DNA of 20,000 nt from an uncultured bacterium (GTDB lineage Bacteria; UBP4; UBA4092), in NCBI GenBank assembly GCA_964644695.1, contig CAZXWN010000005.1, positions 119,544 through 139,543 of the forward strand. Direction: 5' to 3'. Of the stretch, positions 1 through 8,178 are shown in pieces. Every line of letters starts with the position of its first letter. The stretch's first letter is position 1. The notes under the pieces were generated by a model. It ran no database searches, was not told the DNA's origin, and was given only the letters and a program-made list of their open reading frames with translations. A program made the translations under genes and the position numbers.

Positions 1-731
1 ATCGAATCACGATAGCTGTACGAGAACCAGTTATCTGGCCATGAGAATGGCGACCAAAAGAAGTAGAACCGGTTCCGTGGAGCCCAATCCCGACCATGGT
101 GATTCCGATACAAATCGGGACCCCAATGAACTGGAGGCTGCCAACGATGCCAATCAATCTTACTTACATCAATCGGTCTTTTAGGCATCCGACCTCCGAT
201 TGGATTTCTGTCACCCGGTTTATGCATATCAAATCTATCACCAGGCTTTCCTGGAGCATTAAACCCAGGACCTCTATTGGTATTTCCAGGGTTGTCTTGA
301 GGAGTCGGTTTATCTCCAGGATTAAAAACAGGTCTCTCTGGTTGTGGCACCGTTATTTTCCTGGTGTCATCTCCAATAAACAGGGGTTTATCTCCACCTT
401 TGGGTTCAATCCGGATTTTTTGAACATTATCCTGATTGAAGATTGGTTTAGGCTGATTAAAGGGTTTTTCCTTGTTGGTGGCACTTTCATCCCGGCGGTA
501 ATTCAAAACAGGGCGAGTATTTGCTTTAGGTTCACCTAAGGTAAACTTCTGTTTTGGCAGTTCCCTGTCCCCATTTTTCTCTTTATCTTTCTTATCATTA
601 TCTCTGGGGATAATTTGAATTTTGGGATTATCTTTGTCGATCCTGATAAGCTGAGCATACCCCGAAACAGGTATACTTCCCACTAACAATACACCTACGG
701 TCATTACGGGAATCCAATTTATGCGTTTCAT
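1..731 (-). CDS. Secreted Pro/Gly-rich low-complexity hypothetical protein (partial, runs off left edge)
   Basis: Manual translation from ATG at 731 is open to the window edge: MKRINWIPVMTVGVLLVGSIPVSGYA|QLIRIDKDNP...KPGDRFDMHKPGDRNP...DWHRWQPPVHWGPDLY... It has a Sec-type signal peptide and an AAAGGAG RBS. Absent from the ORF track because there is no stop codon in the window. Confidence 0.85.
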   Translation of the reverse strand, partial: MKRINWIPVMTVGVLLVGSIPVSGYAQLIRIDKDNPKIQIIPRDNDKKDKEKNGDRELPKQKFTLGEPKANTRPVLNYRRDESATNKEKPFNQPKPIFNQDNVQKIRIEPKGGDKPLFIGDDTRKITVPQPERPVFNPGDKPTPQDNPGNTNRGPGFNAPGKPGDRFDMHKPGDRNPIGGRMPKRPIDVSKIDWHRWQPPVHWGPDLYRNHHGRDWAPRNRFYFFWSPFSWPDNWFSYSYRDS

Positions 732-773
732 AATATTTTCTCCTTTCAGATTTTCATTCCTGAGTATTTATAA

Positions 774-790
774 AGCAAGGAGTGTGCCAA
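774..790 (-). promoter_or_regulatory. Sigma-54 (-24/-12) promoter
   Basis: Minus strand TTGGCACACTCCTTGCT = TGGCAC-N5-TTGCT, with exact GG-N10-GC spacing, about 43 nt upstream of the ATG at 731. Confidence 0.85.
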
Positions 791-872
791 TCCATCTTTG
801 CCCCTAAAATCCTGTTTTATCCCCCTATTACATTGTTTTTGACAATAAATGTAGTAAATAACCATTATCTTC

Positions 873-888
873 TGTACGATTAGGTACA
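873..888. promoter_or_regulatory. Putative upstream activator sequence for a sigma-54 enhancer-binding protein
   Basis: TGTAC-GATTAG-GTACA palindrome (TGT-N10-ACA), about 110-125 nt upstream of the predicted start site. An additional GTACA half-site lies at 905-909. Confidence 0.6.
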
Positions 889-938
889 CTTTTCAACCAA
901 CTCAGTACATTTAACGGCTATCTTTCACTCTAGACATG

Positions 939-975
939 AAAAAGACCGGAATGTCGCAGGGGACAATCCGGTCTT
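939..975 (-). terminator. Rho-independent terminator of hcp
   Basis: AAGACCGGA...TCCGGTCTT stem followed by a T-run on the minus strand, just after the hcp stop. Confidence 0.75.
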
Positions 976-999
976 AATACGAAAAGACTGAGTTATTTA

Positions 1000-2307
1000 T
1001 TAGACCAACATTTGTTCCAGGTCATTCACTGGATTGCCAGTCAGTTGAAGGTTATATTTATCAACCAGGAAATTCAATATGGCATCATTAAAGAACTGAG
1101 GTGCTTTGGGTCCTACATAAATATCTCTGATACCAAGATGTAACAATGAGGACAGAATCAAGACCGCCTTTTGTTCCATCCATGACAAGACAATTGATAC
1201 AGGCAAGTCATTTACACCACACCCAAGGGCTTCAGCCAGGGCCATAGCAATCCGGACAGCCCCATCAGAATCATTACACTGACCTAAATCCAGATACCGA
1301 GGGATTTCAGTACCGGGTATGGTGCCGAAATCAATGTCATTGAATCGGAATTTTCCACAGCTGGAGGTCAGAATAATACAGTCTTCAGGAACAGACATAG
1401 CCAGTTCCCGATAATAATTCCCCGCAGACCCGGGAGCATCACATCCGGCTATTACAAAGAACCGACGAATTTTGCCTGCTTTTACAGCGTCCAAGATTAC
1501 AGGTGCCAGTCCCAAAATGGTCTTATAATTATGCCCGGTCGTAATTATCTCGTTCTCATCAAATCCCGTAACGGCAGGATTGGCTAATGCGGTTGCAATT
1601 ACATCCGAAAAATCATCATTCTCGATTTTTCGAGCACCTTCCACACCCACCATCTTGTATGTAAACAGACGGTCTGTGTAGGTTGAATCTTTCCGTGGTG
1701 GAACAATACAATTAGTGTTCACAATAATCGCCCCGGACCATTTTTCAAACACTTTATTCTGATCAAACCAGGACTTTCCAATATTGCCCTTCAGATGAGG
1801 ATATTTCCGGAGTTCAGGATAACCATGAGCCGGCAGCATTTCCGAATGGGTATAAATATTGATTCCAAGACCCTCCGTGGCTTTCAGGAGTTTACCTAAC
1901 ATCATTAAATTATGTCCAGACACCAGAATGGCTTTACCTTCGGCTTTATTATTGGTCACTTTAACCGGCGTAGGGATTCCAAAAGCGGCATGGTGAGCTT
2001 CACCCAGCAGATACATTGCCTTGACTCCCGCTTCTCCCATTTTTAAAACCTGATTGATATGCTCTTCAAAGTTAAAATTGACATTCGTCAGAGTAAAATA
2101 AAGCGTGTGAGCAATCACATCATCAACTTCAATGGTATTGGCACCCAATTCACGAGCATGTTCCCTGTATGCGGAAAGTCCCTTTAATCCAAATATCATA
2201 GTATCCTGTAACCGGGCCAAGGTATCGTCTTTTCCACAAGTTCCCAATAACTGACCTTTTGCTCCACAACCACCCGGGGCTGACATTTCACATTGATGAC
2301 AAAACAT
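1000..2307 (-). CDS. hcp: Hybrid cluster protein / hydroxylamine reductase (short form)
   Basis: N-terminal MFCHQC...C...CGK cubane motif; YFTLTNVNF, SGHNL, YTHSEMLPAHGYP, TNCI, GCDAP, SCGKFRF, LGQCND and SWMEQKA motifs; GGAGG RBS. Confidence 0.96.
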   Translation of the reverse strand: MFCHQCEMSAPGGCGAKGQLLGTCGKDDTLARLQDTMIFGLKGLSAYREHARELGANTIEVDDVIAHTLYFTLTNVNFNFEEHINQVLKMGEAGVKAMYLLGEAHHAAFGIPTPVKVTNNKAEGKAILVSGHNLMMLGKLLKATEGLGINIYTHSEMLPAHGYPELRKYPHLKGNIGKSWFDQNKVFEKWSGAIIVNTNCIVPPRKDSTYTDRLFTYKMVGVEGARKIENDDFSDVIATALANPAVTGFDENEIITTGHNYKTILGLAPVILDAVKAGKIRRFFVIAGCDAPGSAGNYYRELAMSVPEDCIILTSSCGKFRFNDIDFGTIPGTEIPRYLDLGQCNDSDGAVRIAMALAEALGCGVNDLPVSIVLSWMEQKAVLILSSLLHLGIRDIYVGPKAPQFFNDAILNFLVDKYNLQLTGNPVNDLEQMLV

Positions 2308-2370
2308 TCTTTATTTCCTCCTTATATAGTTTCTAATGTTAATCATAAGGGTTGGATACAAGAGAATGTC

Positions 2371-2384
2371 TTGATATAAATCAA
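2371..2384. promoter_or_regulatory. Fnr/Dnr/HcpR-type binding site upstream of hcp
   Basis: Perfect TTGAT-ATAA-ATCAA, extending to TCTTGAT...ATCAAGA at 2369-2386. Centred about -42 relative to a TATGAT -10 element at 2342-2347 on the minus strand (class II geometry). Confidence 0.9.
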
Positions 2385-2409
2385 GAGAAGATAAAATAGT
2401 GAGATTTAT

Positions 2410-3072
2410 TTATTCATTTTCCTGACTAAGAAAATCTCTGAGTATAGAGGGATTAATAACCTTAATCGAGGAGGAATCTGGATCCAGCGCTCCAATATCC
2501 TTTAATTTGCGTAATACACGGGACAATGTTTCTGGTGTCAGATTCAAAAGAGCTGCAATTTGGCGATGTTTCAGAGAAGAGAAAATATCGGGATCGTCCA
2601 GAAGGACAGAGACGATACGCGTCGAAGCATCCATTAACAAACCGCGATTAAGAATGTTTTCCAGATGTTTAATCTTTGTTGTAAGAGAGGCCAACATCCG
2701 GATAGATACATCTGGCAGGGTCAGTATTTTTTCTTTGAATAAGGGATAGTCAATCAACAACATAATTCCCTCTGTTTCAAACACACAGGAGGCAGGAAAA
2801 GGCTTATCCGTTAAATTGGCATATTCACCCACCAAATTTATGGGTTTGAAATAATGAAGGACCACTTCTTTTCCTGTCGCATCGGACATAAATACTTTTA
2901 CAGTCCCCTTGATGAGTACATACAAACTACGAGGGATATCCCCAAAATGAAAGGCAAATTCTCCCGGCTGGTACTTACGAACATGACTGATAGACTGAAG
3001 CAATTCTATCTGCTGTGGCGTCAATTCTGAAAAAAGAGCCACCTGATTCAAATTAAAAGATTGAGAATTCAT
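2410..3072 (-). CDS. Crp/Fnr family transcriptional regulator (HcpR/Dnr/NssR-like)
   Basis: cNMP-binding-like domain (ALFSEL, LIKGTVKV, LVGE) and C-terminal HTH QIAALLNLTPETLSRVL with the E--SR recognition motif. No Fnr N-terminal Cys cluster. Directly upstream of hcp. Confidence 0.92.
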   Translation of the reverse strand: MNSQSFNLNQVALFSELTPQQIELLQSISHVRKYQPGEFAFHFGDIPRSLYVLIKGTVKVFMSDATGKEVVLHYFKPINLVGEYANLTDKPFPASCVFETEGIMLLIDYPLFKEKILTLPDVSIRMLASLTTKIKHLENILNRGLLMDASTRIVSVLLDDPDIFSSLKHRQIAALLNLTPETLSRVLRKLKDIGALDPDSSSIKVINPSILRDFLSQENE

Positions 3073-3179
3073 ACGACTCCATCAGTATCATTATCTGGGA
3101 ATATCTATTTCCTTATTATATTTTGATTTGCTAGACTAATCCATTAGTAGTTTTTATTTATTGTATTGGATTAACCAAG

Positions 3180-4187
3180 ATGTCGAAGAAGCATATTCGT
3201 TCGTTAACAGGTATTTTATTCAGTGCGTTTTTCCTCTGGTTGGCACTGAGAGGAATTCAATGGCAGGATGCTGTCAATGCATTTAAACAAACACGCTATC
3301 TTTATATTATTCCGGCGTTGGTGGTTTATTTTCTTGCATTATGGGTGAGAGCTTATCGCTGGACTTTTTTGATGCCAGAGAATGTTTCCATAAAGACAAA
3401 AGAAGCCTTTCCATTATTCATCATTGGATGTTTTGCTAATAATGTCCTGCCTCTGAGATTAGGTGATTTGTATCGTGCTTACCTGTTAGGGCGGAAAAAG
3501 AATATCAGTGTCAGTGCTTCTTTTGCCTGTATCTTTACAGATAAAGTATTTGATGCTCTTGCTGTTCTAACTTTCCTTGGAATGGCAGCACTATTATTAG
3601 CAGGGAAACTTCCTCCCTGGGAGAAGGTTCTTCTTCAAGCATCTGCTGTGGTGCTCTTGTCAGGTGTTATTGGATTGTGGTTAGTCCTTTGGTTTCGCCG
3701 TTTAACAGACAAATTAATCAACTATTTCATTCCAATCATTCCCAAAAAAATCCAACCCAGAGTCCAACATATTATTCAGAAATTCCTCGATGGATTAGAA
3801 CCATTAAAAAATCATCGTTTAGTAGTAAGTGCATTTATTTTTTCTCTTATTTCCTGGTCTATTGAGGCAGTCACTTATTACATTCTGGCTCTTGCCATGG
3901 GATTGAATCCTCCCCTTTACGCCACCCCCATTATTCTGGCTGTCGTCAACTTGGCCATGATGATTCCCACTTCGGCAGGCGGTATAGGGACATTTGAATA
4001 TTTCAGTATAAAAACAACAATGGCATCTATTCCAGGAACAGCAAAGGGTCTTGCTGCCAGTTATACAATCCTTACTCATTTATCATGGTTTATTCCAATA
4101 ACAGTTCTCGGTTTATACTATTATTTACATCAAAACATTTCTTTCAAAGATTTGGAATCTTCAGCGAATCCCGAAAAAGGAAACTAA
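3180..4187 (+). CDS. Lysylphosphatidylglycerol synthase TM-domain / flippase-like membrane protein (UPF0104)
   Basis: Multi-TM protein with RAYRW, FANNVLPLRLGDLYRAY, DKVFD and IPTSAGGIGTFEY motifs. Confidence 0.88.
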   Translation: MSKKHIRSLTGILFSAFFLWLALRGIQWQDAVNAFKQTRYLYIIPALVVYFLALWVRAYRWTFLMPENVSIKTKEAFPLFIIGCFANNVLPLRLGDLYRAYLLGRKKNISVSASFACIFTDKVFDALAVLTFLGMAALLLAGKLPPWEKVLLQASAVVLLSGVIGLWLVLWFRRLTDKLINYFIPIIPKKIQPRVQHIIQKFLDGLEPLKNHRLVVSAFIFSLISWSIEAVTYYILALAMGLNPPLYATPIILAVVNLAMMIPTSAGGIGTFEYFSIKTTMASIPGTAKGLAASYTILTHLSWFIPITVLGLYYYLHQNISFKDLESSANPEKGN

Positions 4188-4191
4188 TACC

Positions 4192-4821
4192 ATGTCTATT
4201 CGTATCATTGAACATCCCCTGCTCCAGGATAAGTTAGCCAGGATGCGGGATAAGGAAACCCTTCCAATTATCTTCCGTGCGCTTGTTGCAGAGGTCGCCA
4301 TGTTACTTGCCTATGAAGCAACCAGAGACTTAGTCACAGCTGATGCTAATGTCGTAACCCCCACCGGGGAAACGGCTCTCTGTCATGTATTAAAGGGCAA
4401 AGGAGCTTGTATTGTACCTATTCTCCGAGCTGGTTTAGGAATGGTGGAAGGAATCGAACAGTTAATGCCAAACGCTGTTGTAGGTCATCTGGGTATATTT
4501 CGTGATCATGACACACTAAGACCCGTAGTTTACTATCAAAAACTTCCTGTGGATATAAATGAACGTGATGTCATTATAGTGGATCCCATGTTTGCTACCG
4601 GAGGGTCATTGATTGCTGCGTGTGATATGTTGAAAAAATTAAAACCACATTCACTGAGGGCAATGTGTATATTAGCAGCGCCTGAGGGAATGAAATCCTT
4701 TGAAGAAGCGCATCCTGATGTTAATGTCTACTGTGCAGCAGTAGACCGTTGTCTGAATGATAAGGGATATATCCTCCCAGGTCTGGGAGATGCAGGCGAC
4801 CGGCTATTTGGTACTAAATAA
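4192..4821 (+). CDS. upp: Uracil phosphoribosyltransferase
   Basis: HPLLQDKL, VPILRAGLGM, DPMFATGGS and GYILPGLGDAGDRLFGTK motifs; 209 aa. Confidence 0.97.
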   Translation: MSIRIIEHPLLQDKLARMRDKETLPIIFRALVAEVAMLLAYEATRDLVTADANVVTPTGETALCHVLKGKGACIVPILRAGLGMVEGIEQLMPNAVVGHLGIFRDHDTLRPVVYYQKLPVDINERDVIIVDPMFATGGSLIAACDMLKKLKPHSLRAMCILAAPEGMKSFEEAHPDVNVYCAAVDRCLNDKGYILPGLGDAGDRLFGTK

Positions 4822-4839
4822 CATATACTTTACTCAGAT

Positions 4840-4873
4840 AAAAAAAAGCCCGGAACAATGTTCCGGGCTTTTT
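4840..4873. terminator. Bidirectional terminator between upp and zapA
   Basis: A-run, GCCCGGAACA-A-TGTTCCGGGC hairpin, T-run, between convergent genes. Confidence 0.9.
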
Positions 4874-4889
4874 CCTTAAAATCGTGCTT

Positions 4890-5396
4890 TTATTTTTCCT
4901 CAGGATCGTTACCTAAATCCTGCAATTCCTTATCTAACAGGGCATCTAACGCTTCGAACTTGGAAAGATCAAATGTAGGACCGGAGAAACTATCCGGCAA
5001 AACAGGTGGCGGTTCATCTGACTTTTCCTCTTGAGACATTGCATTTTCTTCAGGTACTGTTTCCTCAGCTGGGACATCAGGGATTTTATAAACGGGCACA
5101 TCGGGTTGATACTTACGCTGATAAGTATCCACTCCCGGATTAAACAGGTTTTGTTGCCCCGCTTTAGCCTGCTCCAATTTATCGCGGGTTTCAAATAATT
5201 CATCCGTAATTAAAAGAGCAGATCGAATAGCAATCCGTAAAGTATCCGCTGAATGACTAGCCCGGGCCACCTGGTTCATCTTCTGATCCAAATGTGCTGC
5301 AATAGCTTTGGCCCGATCGGCATGGGCCGGATCAACCCGCAGAGTGTAATCCCATCCATAGATACGAACGGTTACATTTATCAGGTCAATGGCCAT
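4890..5396 (-). CDS. zapA: Cell division protein ZapA with acidic C-terminal extension
   Basis: VTVRIYGWDYTL, AAHLDQKM and RIAIRSALLITDEL resemble ZapA; pheT-zapB-zapA gene order. Confidence 0.85.
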   Translation of the reverse strand: MAIDLINVTVRIYGWDYTLRVDPAHADRAKAIAAHLDQKMNQVARASHSADTLRIAIRSALLITDELFETRDKLEQAKAGQQNLFNPGVDTYQRKYQPDVPVYKIPDVPAEETVPEENAMSQEEKSDEPPPVLPDSFSGPTFDLSKFEALDALLDKELQDLGNDPEEK

Positions 5397-5427
5397 GTCT
5401 TTCAGTCCTCCCGAGGTGTTAAAGTGT

Positions 5428-5733
5428 TTATATCAGACGGTCAGAATCGTCCGATAATCCAATCTGATTTTCATCGCCAGCAGCGGAGAAGTCAAATGAC
5501 TCCAGCCGAGTAATCAATGCGTCTATACGTTCCCGGACTTCTTCCCTCTCCATAGTTAACAGTTCATTTTCTTCCTGGAGTTTGGATAAGACCTCATCAT
5601 TCTCTTTTACTTTAGATTCCAGAGACTGATTTTCTTTAGACAATCGGGTATTATCATCTTTTAACCGTTTAGCTGCTTCAAGTACTTTACCAACTTTTTC
5701 TTCTAATAAAACAAATTTCTCTTGTGCTTCCAT
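5428..5733 (-). CDS. zapB: Cell division protein ZapB-like coiled coil
   Basis: LEEKVGKVLE...LKDDNTRL...EREEVRERIDALITRLE; lies between pheT and zapA; GAGGAG RBS. Confidence 0.78.
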   Translation of the reverse strand: MEAQEKFVLLEEKVGKVLEAAKRLKDDNTRLSKENQSLESKVKENDEVLSKLQEENELLTMEREEVRERIDALITRLESFDFSAAGDENQIGLSDDSDRLI

Positions 5734-5773
5734 GACAACTCCTCAATTCATACCTATCAAGAATAAATCAGGC

Positions 5774-7837
5774 TTACGCCTTACGCAAGACAGCTTTGTA
5801 ATTTTCTTCTAAATCTTTCACAATTCTCTGATGCACCGTCTCCACTTCCGAATCCTGCAAAGTTCTATCAGAATGCCGATAAGTTATACGGAAGGATACA
5901 GATCGGGTCCCTTCAGGAAGGCGATTCCCCATGTACAGGTCAAACAGCTCAACAGATTCTGCCAATTCAGTAGCCTGTTTCCAAATAGCATCTTTAATCT
6001 GTTCAGCGGAAAGTTCAACAGGAACTAATAATGAGATATCTCTTGTCACTGCGGGGAATTTTGGTAATCCACGATAAGCATAGGTGGTGGATGGCAAACT
6101 CGCCATTGCTTCAGACACTAACTCAAAATAAAAGACATCTTTGTCCACACCTAACTTGGCGGCCAGTTTTGGACAAACCTGACCAATAGTACCAACAATG
6201 CTACCCTTACTCATAATCTGTGCAGCAACACCCTGCTTGTAATAAAATACATCTGCGGGTTTAAACTCAGGAGCAGGAAGTTCAAATCGTTTAAAGAGAT
6301 AACTCACAAGACCTTTAATGGTATAGAAATCCATCGTCAGTCCTTTTTCTTCCCAAACAGCACCCACATTCTTACCTGATGCTATAACAGCCAAGACAGT
6401 CTCCTCACAAAAGCCATCTTTTCCAGACTTCCGCATTACCCGTCCCATCTCAAAGAAACGAGTAATAGCCTGTCCCTGATCCATATTGCGAGCAACATTC
6501 CCCATAAGACCTGGCAACAAAGAACATCTTAAAACATCTTGTTCTGAACTCATGGGATTTCGCAAAGGTATCATCTGGTCAACATCAAAACCATATCCCT
6601 TCCAAACTTCAGAATGAATAAAAGAATAGTTCATAGCTTCCCAGAATCCTTCATTCACAAGGACTTCGTGAGATACTCGGTCTATTTTTTCCAGAGGATA
6701 AGGACGATTGGCCTGGATAGCAATCATCGGTCGAGTAACAGGAGTTTTCTCTAACCCATGTAAACGGCAAACTTCTTCAATCAAATCAATTTCGCGTTCC
6801 AAATCCCGGCGATGAGAAGGAACCGTTACAGTAATACAATTTTCATCCGCCTTAACTATAGTTAAACCCATACGTTCAAAAATAGTGGTAACGGTCTTTG
6901 TATCAACATTCAATGCTAATACTTCATTAATCCGGGATAATCGTACTGAAACCTGATTAGGCTTATAAGGTGTTGGATAACAATCAATCATACCGGCTGC
7001 TGCTTTGCCGTCTGCCAACTCACAAATCAGGGCAACACAGCGTTCCAATGCCATAACCGCATTGTCAGGACTGGTACCTCGTTCGAAACGATATGAAGAT
7101 TCTGAGCGAAGCCCCAGACATTTAGAGGTCCGGCGAATAGAAATTGGATTAAAGCATGCAGATTCTATCAGTAAATCAACCGTCTCGCTGGTTACTTCAC
7201 TATCTAATCCACCCATGACACCAGCTAAAGCGACAGGACATTTTGCATCAGCAATCACAAGACGTTCGGGGTCTAATTTTCTCCCTTGATTATCAAGAGT
7301 CATCATTGTCTCGCCAACTTTGGCTCTGCGAACAATGATTTGTTTACCATTCACTTTGTTTAAATCAAAAGCATGCAATGGATGACCTAATTCCATCAGA
7401 ACATAATTGGTAATATCTACGACATTGTTAATGGCTCGAATCCCTACGGCTTCTAACCGATCCTGCATCCATTTAGGCGAGGGCCCAATTTTGATACCTC
7501 TGACGACTCGACCACAATATCTCATACAGAGGTCAGGATCTTCTATTTTTACAGAAGCTAATGATGCAGAAGAGACTGAATCTTCTGCGAATTTAGAATT
7601 AGGTTTTCGTAGCTTCCAGCCTGTTGCGGCAGCTAATTCACGCGCTACACCAAACATACTCAAACAGTCAGAGCGGTTTGGAGTAACCTCTGCTTCAATT
7701 AATGTATCTTGGGAATCACGAGGATTGGGTTCAACAGTCTTTACTTCCAGCCCAATATCCGTCATCCGAGTAGCCAAATCGTTCACTGATAATGGGATAT
7801 CAATATAGTCTTGAAGCCATTTGTATGTGACAAGCAT
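5774..7837 (-). CDS. pheT: Phenylalanine--tRNA ligase beta subunit (short, lacking B2 OB-fold)
   Basis: VTPNRSDCLS, AINNVVDITNYVLMELGHPLHAFD, SSYRFERG, DLIEEVCRLHG, LRNPMS and a C-terminal FPAVTRDIS...RTL anticodon-binding domain; 687 aa. Confidence 0.97.
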   Translation of the reverse strand: MLVTYKWLQDYIDIPLSVNDLATRMTDIGLEVKTVEPNPRDSQDTLIEAEVTPNRSDCLSMFGVARELAAATGWKLRKPNSKFAEDSVSSASLASVKIEDPDLCMRYCGRVVRGIKIGPSPKWMQDRLEAVGIRAINNVVDITNYVLMELGHPLHAFDLNKVNGKQIIVRRAKVGETMMTLDNQGRKLDPERLVIADAKCPVALAGVMGGLDSEVTSETVDLLIESACFNPISIRRTSKCLGLRSESSYRFERGTSPDNAVMALERCVALICELADGKAAAGMIDCYPTPYKPNQVSVRLSRINEVLALNVDTKTVTTIFERMGLTIVKADENCITVTVPSHRRDLEREIDLIEEVCRLHGLEKTPVTRPMIAIQANRPYPLEKIDRVSHEVLVNEGFWEAMNYSFIHSEVWKGYGFDVDQMIPLRNPMSSEQDVLRCSLLPGLMGNVARNMDQGQAITRFFEMGRVMRKSGKDGFCEETVLAVIASGKNVGAVWEEKGLTMDFYTIKGLVSYLFKRFELPAPEFKPADVFYYKQGVAAQIMSKGSIVGTIGQVCPKLAAKLGVDKDVFYFELVSEAMASLPSTTYAYRGLPKFPAVTRDISLLVPVELSAEQIKDAIWKQATELAESVELFDLYMGNRLPEGTRSVSFRITYRHSDRTLQDSEVETVHQRIVKDLEENYKAVLRKA

Positions 7838-7888
7838 ATTTGTGGATCCTTCTTACGGGGATTGGTCAATGGATGTACTTAAAATGAA

Positions 7889-7917
7889 ATCCTAACATAT
7901 ATACAGAATGCTGACAA
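7889..7917 (-). promoter_or_regulatory. Sigma-70-type promoter for pheT
   Basis: TTGTCA-N17-TAGGAT with an extended -10 TG. Confidence 0.6.
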
Positions 7918-7952
7918 ACAACAACCTACCCTACCTAATATATCATTTTCAT

Positions 7953-8177
7953 TTAATCTTTCTTCGGAAGATTCTTAAGTTTTTTAGCCCAGTCTAATCG
8001 ATAAAAACGACACGCTTCAAACTCAAGAATTAAATCATTTTCTGGATAATGGCAAATAGCCAGTCCACTGGAATGGACCGAAGTAGAACCCTCTGGATAA
8101 AAACGATAATAGTAACAATCTGTTAATTTGCAATGGATAGTTCGAGGTGGTTTTGGCTGTGAATTCTTAGAGAGCAT
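7953..8177 (-). CDS. Small 4-cysteine hypothetical protein (74 aa)
   Basis: ATG at 8177 lies one base after the DUF151 stop (GAGGAG CAG TGA G ATG). Sequence MLSKNSQPKPPRTIHCKLTDCYYYRFY...ICHYPENDLILEFEACRFYRLDWAKK. Start reassigned from 8243. Confidence 0.65.
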   Translation of the reverse strand: MLSKNSQPKPPRTIHCKLTDCYYYRFYPEGSTSVHSSGLAICHYPENDLILEFEACRFYRLDWAKKLKNLPKKD

Positions 8178-8178
8178 C

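Noticed and set aside
96-539. 147-aa + strand ORF
   Set aside because: Antisense shadow of the minus-strand secreted protein, which has an RBS, a signal peptide and a promoter.
4874-4889. 6S RNA (ssrS), often found downstream of zapA
   Set aside because: Only about 16 nt separate the zapA stop from the terminator, leaving no room for a roughly 180-nt RNA.
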